NCBI GenBank assembly: GCA_965227295.1
Contig: OZ245742.1
Span: forward strand, 2,592,001-2,656,000
DNA: 64,000 nucleotides
Origin: Leptonemataceae bacterium
GTDB taxonomy: Bacteria > Spirochaetota > Leptospiria > Leptospirales > Leptonemataceae
Reading direction: 5' to 3'
Shown: piece by piece, positions 9,449 to 19,044 of the stretch
How the letters are laid out: each line of letters begins with the position of its first letter
Numbering within the stretch: the stretch's first letter is position 1
Program-made: the position numbers and the translations under genes
Notes under the pieces: generated by a model
Databases searched by the model: none
What the model was told of the DNA's origin: nothing
The model's input: only the letters and a program-made list of their open reading frames with translations

Positions 9449-11101
9449 TCATTCATTAACTTTTCTGTTCTTAAAGTTAAGAATGATTTTCGCGGAGCAG
9501 TGATCGGCCGTGGCGGCGATGCTGAGGGCGGGGTTCGCGCCCACCGGGCCGGGCATCACGGAGCCGTCGACGACGAACAGGCCGGAATAACCGAAGACCT
9601 CGCCGTAAACGTCCACCACGCCTTCTTCCGGGGAGCGGCCCATCACACAACCACCGAGCGGATGTACCGTGATCGTTCGCCCGAGAACGCCGACGGGGTT
9701 CGGCCGAAAGCGACCGCCCAACCGCGCCGCCAATCTGCGCATTACGTTCCGTAAATCCCGAAAGAAGCGGCGGGAAGAACGCGGTGACCAGTCCGAGCGA
9801 CACTTACCTTTCTTTAAGAACAATCTTCCGTCGGGAATATCCCGGCCCATGCCGAGCAACGGCAACATGGTGGCCGAAAAAGTCCCCCGGCCGAAGCTGT
9901 CGCCGACAACGGAGCCGAGGTTCGGACTCCGACTGAGACTGAAGATGCGTACCAGGTAACGACCGAAGAAGCGCAGCAGATTCCAGAGCGTCCACGAGCG
10001 ACTGCTGAGGAGGCCTTCGACGAAGAACGCCAGGAAGTTGGGCACGCCGGCGTCTTCCACGTACATCTTCTCGCCGCGGCGGTCCTTGCTTTGCACGACG
10101 CTCGTGATGACCGGTCCGTGATAGGCATCTAAGTTCTTTTGCGTAGATGTTACGAATCCCAGGAGATCACCGTTGCCGGCGAAGCGTTCGCCCAGGCGCG
10201 GGCTCAGGTTCGGGAAGTGTTCGCGATTTCTCAGGAGTAGATACGGCGAGGCCGGAGACCCCGCCGCCAGAATCAGTTGCCGGGTACGGAGCGTGTGCCG
10301 ATCCAGGTCCGTGCTGTGTACGGATTGATCCGCGCAGTGTTCGACGTACTCCACGGCGTAACCGTTCGCGTCCGGGCGCAGAGTGATCGCCTGGCAGAGC
10401 GGCCGAAGTTCCGCGCCGAGTTGCACTGCTCGCGAAAGCAGATTCAGGTCCAGGGTGTGCTTGCTGCCGTAGTTGCAACCGACATCGCACTCGCCGCACA
10501 GCCGGCAGGATTCGCGACGGACGCCGTGCAGGTTCGCCTGATTCTTCAAGGCCGTACCGATTTCCGGCCGCGCGTCCCGGGAATGACCGAAGGCGACGGC
10601 CAGGGGAGCGGCGATGTTTTCGAGGCCGGCCTCGGTCGCGGCCCGGCGCACGGCGACATGACGCGGAACATTGAAGCCCTGTATTTCTCCGGGGTACGTG
10701 CGAACTTCCAGAAGTTCTTCGATGCGTTCATAGTGAGGTTCCAGATCTGCGTAACTCAGCGGCCAGGGAAGTCCGTCCTCACGTACAAAGCTTGCCGGAT
10801 CTTTTCTTAAGAGGACGTTCGCGTACACTAGCGAGCCGCCGCCCACGCCCGCGGCGGTGAGTACGTCGATGTTGCGAAAGCTCCAGAGATTAAACAAACC
10901 CAGGCGCCCGCGGGAAGGATCAAAGACCGCGTCGCGAAACTCCCGGGGATAACGCGGGAACGATCCCGGCGGCCAGAGCGCGCCGCGTTCCAGGATGCAG
11001 ATGCGCAGGCCGGCCTCCGCCAGGTTATAGGCGGTGACGGCCCCGCCGAACCCGCTGCCGACAATGACGGCGTCGTAGTCGAAGTCCGGCATAGGGATCA
11101 T
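9449..11101 (-). CDS. GMC oxidoreductase, cholesterol-oxidase-like
   Basis: VGSGFGG, GVGGGSLVYANV, CRLCGECDVGC, TVHPLGGC, VVDGSVMPGPVGANP. Confidence 0.9.
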   Translation of the reverse strand: MIPMPDFDYDAVIVGSGFGGAVTAYNLAEAGLRICILERGALWPPGSFPRYPREFRDAVFDPSRGRLGLFNLWSFRNIDVLTAAGVGGGSLVYANVLLRKDPASFVREDGLPWPLSYADLEPHYERIEELLEVRTYPGEIQGFNVPRHVAVRRAATEAGLENIAAPLAVAFGHSRDARPEIGTALKNQANLHGVRRESCRLCGECDVGCNYGSKHTLDLNLLSRAVQLGAELRPLCQAITLRPDANGYAVEYVEHCADQSVHSTDLDRHTLRTRQLILAAGSPASPYLLLRNREHFPNLSPRLGERFAGNGDLLGFVTSTQKNLDAYHGPVITSVVQSKDRRGEKMYVEDAGVPNFLAFFVEGLLSSRSWTLWNLLRFFGRYLVRIFSLSRSPNLGSVVGDSFGRGTFSATMLPLLGMGRDIPDGRLFLKKGKCRSDWSPRSSRRFFRDLRNVMRRLAARLGGRFRPNPVGVLGRTITVHPLGGCVMGRSPEEGVVDVYGEVFGYSGLFVVDGSVMPGPVGANPALSIAATADHCSAKIILNFKNRKVNE

Positions 11102-11143
11102 AGTTCAAAGGAAAAGCGCAATTATGGATAGCAGAAAAATCGT

Positions 11144-12724
11144 ATGCTGAAAGATCTTAGCGCCGTGCGATTTCTTTCAGAGAGTGTGGATGCCGCCGGT
11201 TTCGGTCTGGAAGGCCGACGGGTTCCGCATGCGCGTTTTGCCGTCCATGCCGCGGACGCCTTTGCACGAACCAGCGGGGCGAGCGCCGTGGCCGTTTGCT
11301 GCGGAAAGTACGAAGCGCTTCAGGCACTCGCCGCTCTGGCGAGCGCCTTCGGAGACGGCATTGCGGTGCACCTGGTCTGCGCGTTGCAGCCGACCGACGT
11401 TCCGGCCGTTCGGAGGGCGGCCGGGGCATTGGCCGGCCGCGTCTACGACAGAGACGGCCTGCATCCCGGCGTGCCGGGTTCGCCCGTCCGCGTGAGCCTG
11501 GCCGTCCACCCCGAAGAGCTCCGCGCCTTCGTCGAAGAACCTTTCCGTGTGGAAGCTGCGCCGTATTCGCAATGCCCGGCGTTGCGCTTAAGTTCTCGCG
11601 AGCGTGTGTTAATCGTATGCGGGCGCAGCGCGCTGTTGCGAACGGATCCCCGGGAGCTTCGGGGGGTGGCGGAGTCGCTCTCGGCGCCGGTGTTACTCGG
11701 TGCCGCGGCCGCCGCTGCTTCGCCGCAGTGCCTTGAACGCTACCGCACGGCGTTTCACGGAAGCGATCTATTAATTCCCGCGGGAGGGATCTTCTGGACC
11801 CTGGCGTTGTACGAGGCCGACGTGCTCTTCGTGCTCGGCGATAAACTTACAGAGAGTGAAGGTTACGGATTGCACGACTTCCCGTTGGTACGGGGGCGCG
11901 TGATCGAACTGGAGCTGGATCAACTAAGAGCGGTGGCCGGGAGTTCTCCGCGTCGGCGCAGATTCGCGAAACGACTGGCGCGGCGACAGGAACGGATGAT
12001 TGCCGGTATTCGCAAAGAAGCGGAGCGTGCGCAAACGAAACGGCCTCTGGATCCGCTGTATGTGGCGCAGGCCGCTTTCGATCGGGCGCCGGAGGATACG
12101 ATCTTCGTAGCCGAGGGCAACGGCACCGGTATGTTTCAGTGGTCGGTGAATCAGCAGTTGCGGCCCGTGATCTATCCGGTGCGCATGGCGACCATCGGTT
12201 TGCTGCTGCCGTATGCCGCCGGCGTCCATGCGGCAAACCGCGGGCCGGTCTGGTGCTTCGCCGGCGACGGGTCTTTGCGTTACGAGCCGGAGTTGCTCGG
12301 AGAACTCGCGCGCCGGAAGGTGCGCTGTGTGATCCTGGTCTTTCGCAACGCGGCCTGGGACAGCATTCGCCTCGAACAGACGTTTGTGTTGCGCGGGCGA
12401 TATCCGGGTACGGAGTTGCGCGAGCAAGATTACGCGGGTTTCGCGGAACAACACGGCTGCGCGGCGATGCGCGTGGGGGATCATGCGCAACTGGAAGCGG
12501 CGCTGAGCCGGGCCGCGCTTCACGACGAGGGCCGCCCCCTCTTGATCGACATCCACGTTCGCAAGGATCAGATTCCCGTTGCGGGCCTTACCTGGGCCCT
12601 GGCGGAGCTGGACTACATTCTTGCCGCGGTACCGAAGTGGCACGTTCTGTTAAGTTTTATGCGGGCAATCTTAAGACGCCGGTTGCCCCTGCGCATCTTG
12701 CGTTTGCTGTGGAGGTCGGTATGA
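11144..12724 (+). CDS. ThDP-dependent enzyme large subunit (degenerate Pyr domain + middle + PP domain)
   Basis: C-terminal ThDP/Mg motif FAGDGSL...FRNAAW; middle domain ADVLFVLGDKL; N-term degenerate. Confidence 0.75.
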   Translation: MLKDLSAVRFLSESVDAAGFGLEGRRVPHARFAVHAADAFARTSGASAVAVCCGKYEALQALAALASAFGDGIAVHLVCALQPTDVPAVRRAAGALAGRVYDRDGLHPGVPGSPVRVSLAVHPEELRAFVEEPFRVEAAPYSQCPALRLSSRERVLIVCGRSALLRTDPRELRGVAESLSAPVLLGAAAAAASPQCLERYRTAFHGSDLLIPAGGIFWTLALYEADVLFVLGDKLTESEGYGLHDFPLVRGRVIELELDQLRAVAGSSPRRRRFAKRLARRQERMIAGIRKEAERAQTKRPLDPLYVAQAAFDRAPEDTIFVAEGNGTGMFQWSVNQQLRPVIYPVRMATIGLLLPYAAGVHAANRGPVWCFAGDGSLRYEPELLGELARRKVRCVILVFRNAAWDSIRLEQTFVLRGRYPGTELREQDYAGFAEQHGCAAMRVGDHAQLEAALSRAALHDEGRPLLIDIHVRKDQIPVAGLTWALAELDYILAAVPKWHVLLSFMRAILRRRLPLRILRLLWRSV

Positions 12725-13239
12725 TGTCGCCCTTTCGAAGCCGTGGTGCCGAACGATTGTTGCGCATCCTGAAGCAGCACGATCTTACGCGCATCTATTC
12801 CATTCCCGGCGCGCAGGTCCTTTCGATCTGGGATGCGATGCAGGCCGACACGACCATGCAGTTGATCGTGCCGCGCAGCGAGTGGGCCGGCGTGCGGGAG
12901 GCCGCGGATCATGCCCGGGCGGCGGGACGTGCGGCGGTGGTCTTGAATACCGTGGGTGTCGGTGTGGTGAACGAACTGCCGGAGATCAGTCGCGCCCTGG
13001 ACGAGGGCGTGCCCGTCTTTTGTTTGAGTCCGGCGCAACCGCCGTTCAAGCGCGTACGCATTGACGGCGTTTTTCAGGGACTGCGGCAGGCGGAAATCCT
13101 GGGGCCGTTTTGTAAGGCGACGTTCTTGATCGATTCGCTGGAAGACGCGGAGGCGGTTGTTGCCGAAGCAATTGCGGTGATGTACGCGGATCGTCCGGGA
13201 CCGGTGCGCGTGGAGGTCGAGTTCCCGCTGTTGTTCTAA
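12721..13239 (+). CDS. Stand-alone ThDP enzyme N-terminal (Pyr) domain, 172 aa
   Basis: ATGA overlap with upstream stop; GAERLLRILK, YSIPGAQ, PRSE (RHE-like Glu), GVGVVN, RPGPVRVEV. Confidence 0.8.
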   Translation: MMSPFRSRGAERLLRILKQHDLTRIYSIPGAQVLSIWDAMQADTTMQLIVPRSEWAGVREAADHARAAGRAAVVLNTVGVGVVNELPEISRALDEGVPVFCLSPAQPPFKRVRIDGVFQGLRQAEILGPFCKATFLIDSLEDAEAVVAEAIAVMYADRPGPVRVEVEFPLLF

Positions 13240-13994
13240 CGACGTAACTCCGCGACGATCGCCGGTAAGATCTCCGCGACATCCGCTTCGATCTTCACGG
13301 TTGCCTGATCATCCACGAGGGTGGGACCTTTGTTGAACACGAGCAGTCGGCCGCCGTTTTGCAGGCAGCGCAGCGGCAGTTCGTTTACGGGGAAGACTTC
13401 CAGAGAACTGCCGACGACGATCATCACCTCCGCCCGGCCGGCGGCATCGTGCGCACCGTGCAAGACTTCCAGCGGCAACACCTCGCCGAACAAAACGACG
13501 TCCGGTTTTAGAACGCCGCCGCAGCCGCTCCGTTCGCACTTCGGTACCGCGCCGCGTTGCACGACCGGCAGTAACAGGCTGCCCGGATACGAGGCCCCGC
13601 AGTTCACGCAGCTTGCCGTGCGCGTGTGGCCGTGGACCGGAAGCACGTCCCTGGCCCCGGCCGCCTCGTGCAGGCCGTCGATGTTCTGCGTAACTATCTC
13701 CCGGAGTAAGCTAAGGTCCTGGAGTTCGGAGAGCGCCCGATGCGCCGGATTCGGCAGGGCCGCCCCGGTGCTTTCCAGCAGCGGGCGCAGCCAATCGTAA
13801 AAACGCTCCGGATGTTCGTGAAACGATGCGATGGACGCGACCTCCATGGGATCGTACTTTTCCCACAGGCCGCTGCCGGGAGAGCGGAAGTCCGGGATGC
13901 CGCTGGGCACGCTGATGCCGGCGCCGGTCAGGGCCACGGAATACTTTGAAGCGCGGAGGATGTCCGCGGCCCGGACGATCTGAGCGGCGACCAT
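13236..13994 (-). CDS. cobB: Sir2-family NAD-dependent protein deacylase
   Basis: TGAGISVPSGIPDFRS, TQNIDGLH, HG, two Cys pairs, KPDVVLFGE, GSSLEVFP. Confidence 0.93.
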   Translation of the reverse strand: MVAAQIVRAADILRASKYSVALTGAGISVPSGIPDFRSPGSGLWEKYDPMEVASIASFHEHPERFYDWLRPLLESTGAALPNPAHRALSELQDLSLLREIVTQNIDGLHEAAGARDVLPVHGHTRTASCVNCGASYPGSLLLPVVQRGAVPKCERSGCGGVLKPDVVLFGEVLPLEVLHGAHDAAGRAEVMIVVGSSLEVFPVNELPLRCLQNGGRLLVFNKGPTLVDDQATVKIEADVAEILPAIVAELRR

Positions 13995-14129
13995 GATCTA
14001 CCGTTTGCCTTCGTAGCAGTCCCGCCAATATCTTTTTTGATGCGCGGTCCACTGCCGAAATTACTTCTCCGTATGGTGAAACTTTCGAGTTGACGATCAT
14101 TCGCATCTTACTAACTTCGCCTCAATCTC

Positions 14130-14285
14130 ATGCGCGCTCTCACGCACAATACCCTTGAGCAGTCGTTCGCCGGTCTCCTGCACTGGCTAACCGGCGTCGT
14201 AGTGTACGTCGTCAATGTGATGATGGTGGTGGTCGTGGTAGTAGAGAACCACACGCCGATTTCACCGACCCCGGGTAATACGTAG
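14130..14285 (+). CDS. Val/Leu-rich attenuator leader peptide of ilvB (51 aa)
   Basis: My translation MRALTHNTLEQSFAGLLHWLTGVVVYVVNVMMVVVVVVENHTPISPTPGNT*; 12 Val in 16 codons; below the ORF-track cutoff. Confidence 0.85.
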   Translation: MRALTHNTLEQSFAGLLHWLTGVVVYVVNVMMVVVVVVENHTPISPTPGNT

Positions 14286-14308
14286 AGCGCAGCACAGCAA
14301 CATGCACG

Positions 14309-14348
14309 AAACCCCGTCCGGTGAAAACCTGGCGGGGTTTTTTCGTTT
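14309..14348 (+). terminator. Attenuator terminator upstream of ilvB
   Basis: aaaccccgtccgg-tgaaaa-cctggcggggttt followed by tttcgttt, 23 nt after the leader stop. Confidence 0.88.
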
Positions 14349-14377
14349 ATGAGCACCTCAAAACCTGGAGCCACCCA

Positions 14378-16132
14378 ATGAACGCAGACCAAGAGCCTGA
14401 CATACGAACCGATCGCGAAACGAGCGGGATGAACGGAGCGCAGTTCCTCGTGAAATTTCTGGAACGCCGGATTCGCGATGATGTGATCTTCGGTTACCCC
14501 GGCGGTGCCGCGCTGCCGATCTACGACGCCCTTTCTCGAAGCAGCATTCGGCACGTGCTCGTGCGTCACGAGCAGGGCGCCGCGTTTATGGCCCAGGGGC
14601 GGGCCCGCGTAACCGGCCGGGCCGCGCTTTGCCTCGCGAGTTCCGGTCCCGGCGTTACGAACTTGATCACCGGTGTGGCCGACGCCATGGCCGATTCGAT
14701 TCCCCTGGTCGTCGTCACGGCCCAGGTTTCCACCGCGCTCATCGGTACGGACGCCTTTCAGGAGATCGACGCTCACGGCCTGGCCCTGCCGATCACGAAG
14801 GCCTGCTTCGCCGTGCGTTCGACCGCCGATTTACTCGAAGCCGTACCCGCGGCCTTTGCCCTGGCCGAGGGTGGTCGGCCGGGTCCGGTGTGGATCGATC
14901 TGCCGAAAGACGTGCAGACGGCGGAAATCGCCCTGTCGCAAGCGCAGCGAGCGTTCGCTGAGTTAGCTTCAGTTAAAGTTAGCAGAGTGCAGGCTGATGG
15001 GACGGCCGCGAGACTTCGGGAAGCAGCCGCCCTGATCGCGACGGCGGAGCGGCCGGTCCTGTACGCCGGCGGCGGGGTGATCCATGCCGGGGCGAGCGAG
15101 GCCCTCCGTCGCCTGGCGCGCAGAAATTCCATTCCCGTTACCACGACGCTCATGGGCCTCGGCGCCTATCCGGCCGGGGACGAACTCTTTCTGGGCATGC
15201 CCGGCATGCACGGGGCGCGGTCGACGAACATGATCCTCGAAGAATGTGACGTGCTGATCGGCGTCGGCGTGCGCTTCGATGATCGCGCCACGGGTAAAGT
15301 GGCGGAGTTCTGTCCGGGGGCGAAGATCATCCACGCCGACATCGACGCCGCGGAGCCGGGCAAAATCAAACGCCCGGACATTGCTCTGGTCTGCGATGCG
15401 GGAGATTTTCTTAACATGTTAAATAGAGAAATCCCCGCGGACCGGCGACCGGGCTGGCGGGAACGGGTCCGCGCCTGGAAAGAGCGGGCCGCGTTACCGG
15501 TGCCGTCGGGCACGGATCTGCGTGATCCGGCTCGACTCCTGGGCAACATTGCAGCGGCCGTCGAAGCACGCGCGATCATAACGACGGATGTCGGTCAGCA
15601 TCAGATGTGGGCGGCGCAGTACTTCCCGTTCACGGAACCGCGCACCTGGCTGACCTCGGGCGGTCTGGGGACGATGGGCTTCGGGTTGCCGGCGGCGATC
15701 GGTGCGGCGACGGCCCGCCCGAATCGAACCGTCGTCTGCTTAAGTGGTGACGGATCGATCTTAATGAATCTACAGGAACTGGCGACGCTGCGCGACCTGG
15801 GCGCGAACGTGAAGATCGTGGTCTTCGACAACGGCGGCCTGGGCCTGGTGCGCCAGCAGCAGGAGCTGTTCTACGCGGAAAATTATTACGCCTCGCAATG
15901 GGAACCCGGCCCGCCGGATCTCTGTACGATTGCCCTCGGCTTCGGCATTCCGTCGCTGGACCTTCAGGAGTTCGACGATAGGGCGGCGGAGGTTCTGAAC
16001 GACGCGCTCACGAACCCCGGGCCGGTGTTGATCCGCGCGCCCATCTTCGCGGACGCGAACGTGTATCCGATGGTGCCGCCGGGCAAAGCGAATCGAGAGA
16101 TGATCGAGGGGCGCAGCGTGCCGGTGTTGTGA
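14378..16132 (+). CDS. ilvB: Acetolactate synthase large subunit (AHAS I-like)
   Basis: FGYPGGA, VRHEQGA, SGPGVTN, RFDDR, TDVGQHQMW, GDGSILMN, VYPMVPPG; GGAG RBS before ATG 14378. Confidence 0.95.
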   Translation: MNADQEPDIRTDRETSGMNGAQFLVKFLERRIRDDVIFGYPGGAALPIYDALSRSSIRHVLVRHEQGAAFMAQGRARVTGRAALCLASSGPGVTNLITGVADAMADSIPLVVVTAQVSTALIGTDAFQEIDAHGLALPITKACFAVRSTADLLEAVPAAFALAEGGRPGPVWIDLPKDVQTAEIALSQAQRAFAELASVKVSRVQADGTAARLREAAALIATAERPVLYAGGGVIHAGASEALRRLARRNSIPVTTTLMGLGAYPAGDELFLGMPGMHGARSTNMILEECDVLIGVGVRFDDRATGKVAEFCPGAKIIHADIDAAEPGKIKRPDIALVCDAGDFLNMLNREIPADRRPGWRERVRAWKERAALPVPSGTDLRDPARLLGNIAAAVEARAIITTDVGQHQMWAAQYFPFTEPRTWLTSGGLGTMGFGLPAAIGAATARPNRTVVCLSGDGSILMNLQELATLRDLGANVKIVVFDNGGLGLVRQQQELFYAENYYASQWEPGPPDLCTIALGFGIPSLDLQEFDDRAAEVLNDALTNPGPVLIRAPIFADANVYPMVPPGKANREMIEGRSVPVL

Positions 16133-16256
16133 AGTTTTTTCCAGGAACGTGAACATTGCATCAGCATGTTTCGCGTTGTCCGTGTTTTTTACGGTGCGAA
16201 CTCGCGTCCCGGCTACGTCTGCTATGCAGAGAGCCGGGCGCGGGGATCGTACCAAA

Positions 16257-17063
16257 ATGCGGCGAGGCGTACTGCTATGGTCCATCTGGCTGTTCATTCC
16301 GTCATTCCTGGCCGCGGATACGGTACTGCTGGAAGATGGGAACCGCATCGAGAACGTGCGGGTGATTCGCCAGGCGGCGCGCATCAACGTCGTCCATCGT
16401 GACGGCAATGTTCAATCGTATCTTCCCGGGCAGGTCCACTCCGTGGAACGTTTACCCGTTTCCTGGGAACCCACGGAGGCGGAGGAGGCGGAACGATTCG
16501 AGGCCGACTTGCAGCGACGTGCCGCCGCCGAAGCCAGGCGCGCCCGGGCTGCCGCGGAGCGAATCGCCGGGCAGCGTCGACTGCGGTACATCACAACCGC
16601 GTACCTCTCCGGTTTGTTTCCCGGCGGTGCGTTCTGGAGCCAGGACCGTTACGGCCTGGCCCTGGCCTACCACCTCGCCGGTGCCGCCCTGCTCACGGAA
16701 TACGGTGACGCGTATCAGGACCGGCGCCGCAGCCTGCGTCTCTACGAAGAGGACCGCCTGATCGTGGTCGGGACGTTCGTCGGCACCACTGTGTTTTCGG
16801 CGCCCGATCGAGATCTGAGTCTGCTCGTTTTTCTGCAACGTCTGCGGGCCCGGCGTTCGGACGTGATCAGCGCCGGCCTGCGTCAGGAGCGGGCGCTGTC
16901 GTTGTACGGCGTCCTGCTGCTCGCGGGAAGTCTGCATGCGTTTTACTTCGTTACGAGGGACGAGTCCGGCCCGGGAACGGACTCCGGCAATGCCGCACTG
17001 GAATGGTCGCTGGATATCGCCGGTAAACAGGACTATCGCTTCCGGGCGACGTGGTCTTTTTAG
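16257..17063 (+). CDS. Exported/membrane hypothetical protein, paralog of the next gene
   Basis: Signal peptide then ADTVLLEDGNRIENVRV; SGLFPGG; C-terminal Phe; start uncertain. Confidence 0.7.
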   Translation: MRRGVLLWSIWLFIPSFLAADTVLLEDGNRIENVRVIRQAARINVVHRDGNVQSYLPGQVHSVERLPVSWEPTEAEEAERFEADLQRRAAAEARRARAAAERIAGQRRLRYITTAYLSGLFPGGAFWSQDRYGLALAYHLAGAALLTEYGDAYQDRRRSLRLYEEDRLIVVGTFVGTTVFSAPDRDLSLLVFLQRLRARRSDVISAGLRQERALSLYGVLLLAGSLHAFYFVTRDESGPGTDSGNAALEWSLDIAGKQDYRFRATWSF

Positions 17064-17064
17064 T

Positions 17065-17934
17065 ATGATTTTACAAAAATCTTACAGTACAATTCTAGAG
17101 AGAGTGTTCCCGCTGATCACCGGAATCGTTTGCTGCTGCGCATTCTGTTGCGTGACGGCCCCCCTGACGGCGGACACGGTCTTCTTTACGGACGGCAACC
17201 GCGTCGAGAACGTGCGGGTCCTGTTCGCGTACTCCAGGGTGAACTTGATTTTCGAAGACGGCTCGGTTCAGAGTTATCGCGAGTCGAAGATTGCACGCAT
17301 TGTGAATGCCCCGGTGGCCTGGGATTCGCAGGCGGACAAAGAAGAGTTCGAACGCCGGGCCCGCCGGAAGATCGCGGAGCTTGTGGAGCGCATCGAGAGC
17401 GAGCAATGGGATGCCGTGGCGAAGATCGAAACGTTGGGCGTTCGCGCTCTCGGACGATCGGCGCTGATTCCAGGCTGGGGTCAATGGTATCTCGGGGATC
17501 GCCTTCGGGGCAGCGCGTATTTCCTCGGGGCCGCGTTCGGGATGCATCGAGTCTATTCGGATCGTCAGGCTTTGTTACGCGCCCGCGATGAGTACAACGA
17601 CCTGACGCTCCCGGCCTTGCTGACCGGAGTGACCGCGGGGCCCGGAACTCCGTCGGAGTTTACTCTGCTCGCGAATACGTTGTATTTTTCCGGTCGTCGG
17701 GATGATCTCGCCGCCGCCGCTTCCCGGGATCGACAAAACCTCGGCGTGTTGCTTGTCTTCTGGTTGTGGAACGCCGCCGACGCCTACATCTTTCGCGGCG
17801 GTGATGACAGGCTGCGCGACTTTGAGCGGCACAACGGCCCGGTGGAACTGGGCGTCATCCCGGAAGCCTGCGCGGAGCGTTCGCGCTGCGATGCCGGGAA
17901 GCGGATGCAGATCTCCCTGCTGTGGCGGTTCTGA
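17065..17934 (+). CDS. Exported/membrane hypothetical protein (DUF5683-like motif)
   Basis: ADTVFFTDGNRVENVRV; RSALIPGWGQWY; WNAADAY; C-terminal Phe. Confidence 0.75.
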   Translation: MILQKSYSTILERVFPLITGIVCCCAFCCVTAPLTADTVFFTDGNRVENVRVLFAYSRVNLIFEDGSVQSYRESKIARIVNAPVAWDSQADKEEFERRARRKIAELVERIESEQWDAVAKIETLGVRALGRSALIPGWGQWYLGDRLRGSAYFLGAAFGMHRVYSDRQALLRARDEYNDLTLPALLTGVTAGPGTPSEFTLLANTLYFSGRRDDLAAAASRDRQNLGVLLVFWLWNAADAYIFRGGDDRLRDFERHNGPVELGVIPEACAERSRCDAGKRMQISLLWRF

Positions 17935-17942
17935 GTAAGATT

Positions 17943-19040
17943 ATGCGGCAAAGAGTTTATCAAACACACTTTGTGGTTCTGGTCGTCTCGCTGTGCGCCG
18001 GCTGCGTTCCTGTACGCTACGAGAATCCTTTTGATGCGGCCGCCTCGGTGGAGTCCGCGCTCTCGGTCCTCATCGTCAGCCGCCTGGATGAAAACATTAC
18101 CGGCACGCCCGGTCGTTCCTGGTTGCCGTTGAATACTTCGGCGGAGTTCGGGGCGCGCACGGGAGGCGTGCTCCTGACGTTCGACGATCGGCTCTGGTTC
18201 ATCGGGGGACGTAGCGATCGTTACTCCAACGTGCCGTTGGGCGGAGACGAGGCCTGGGTGTCCGAGGACGGCATTGCCTGGGATCGCGCGGCGAGCGGGC
18301 TCTTTACCGCGGACGGCCGCGCCGATGCCGGCGCTGTCGTGTTTCAGGGACGCATGTGGTTGATCGGTGGGGACACTGTTTCGGTAGCGGTGAGCAGTAC
18401 GGGGTCTTTCGAAGCCTCTACGAGCAATACGACATCCTCGGAATCGGTATGGAGCAGCACGGACGGCCGCACCTGGACCAACGCGGCGCCGGGATGTTCG
18501 AACTGTCCGATCCGCCCGGGGCGCGCCTTTGTTTGGGAGGATCGACTGTACTTTCTCAGCCGCAGTGACGGGTTGAATGCCTACCCGGTGTACATGAGCG
18601 ACGACGGCAGCACCTGGACGAAGTCGAGCACGAACATCGCTGAGCTGCTGACGTCCCCCTCGGAACCGGCGGACGTGTTTGAATTCCGCGGATCGCTGTA
18701 TGCCTTAACTAAATATTGGGATGTGTTAAGGTCCGGCGACGGATTCGACTGGGAACTGATCCATGCAGGGAGCTCGTCGGCGCCGGAAACAGGAGACGGT
18801 CTTTTGTTTAATGATCGCATGTGGGTGATGCTGAACGGTTATGCGGCCTCCCGGGCCTATTCCAGCGAGGACGGCGCCGTCTTCGTTCCCCCGCCGCAGT
18901 CCTGCTGCGAACTTCCCGCCGCCGTGGACAATGTTCGTGCTGTCGTATGGAATCGCAGACTCTGGCTGACCGGTACGGCGGGCAGCGGCTTATCCGCGGT
19001 CGGCCAGGTGTATGTCTCGTTCAACGAGGTGAATCCCTGA
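17943..19040 (+). CDS. Lipoprotein with Kelch-like/Asp-box beta-propeller repeats
   Basis: Lipobox CAGC; repeated F-x-x-R-L/M-W-x-IGG and W-x-S-x-DG-x-x-W units. Confidence 0.8.
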   Translation: MRQRVYQTHFVVLVVSLCAGCVPVRYENPFDAAASVESALSVLIVSRLDENITGTPGRSWLPLNTSAEFGARTGGVLLTFDDRLWFIGGRSDRYSNVPLGGDEAWVSEDGIAWDRAASGLFTADGRADAGAVVFQGRMWLIGGDTVSVAVSSTGSFEASTSNTTSSESVWSSTDGRTWTNAAPGCSNCPIRPGRAFVWEDRLYFLSRSDGLNAYPVYMSDDGSTWTKSSTNIAELLTSPSEPADVFEFRGSLYALTKYWDVLRSGDGFDWELIHAGSSSAPETGDGLLFNDRMWVMLNGYAASRAYSSEDGAVFVPPPQSCCELPAAVDNVRAVVWNRRLWLTGTAGSGLSAVGQVYVSFNEVNP

Positions 19041-19044
19041 CGAT

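Noticed and set aside
12139..12720. N-terminal 194 codons of the 366-aa ORF
   Set aside because: Overlaps the real upstream CDS; recognisable domain starts at ATG 12721
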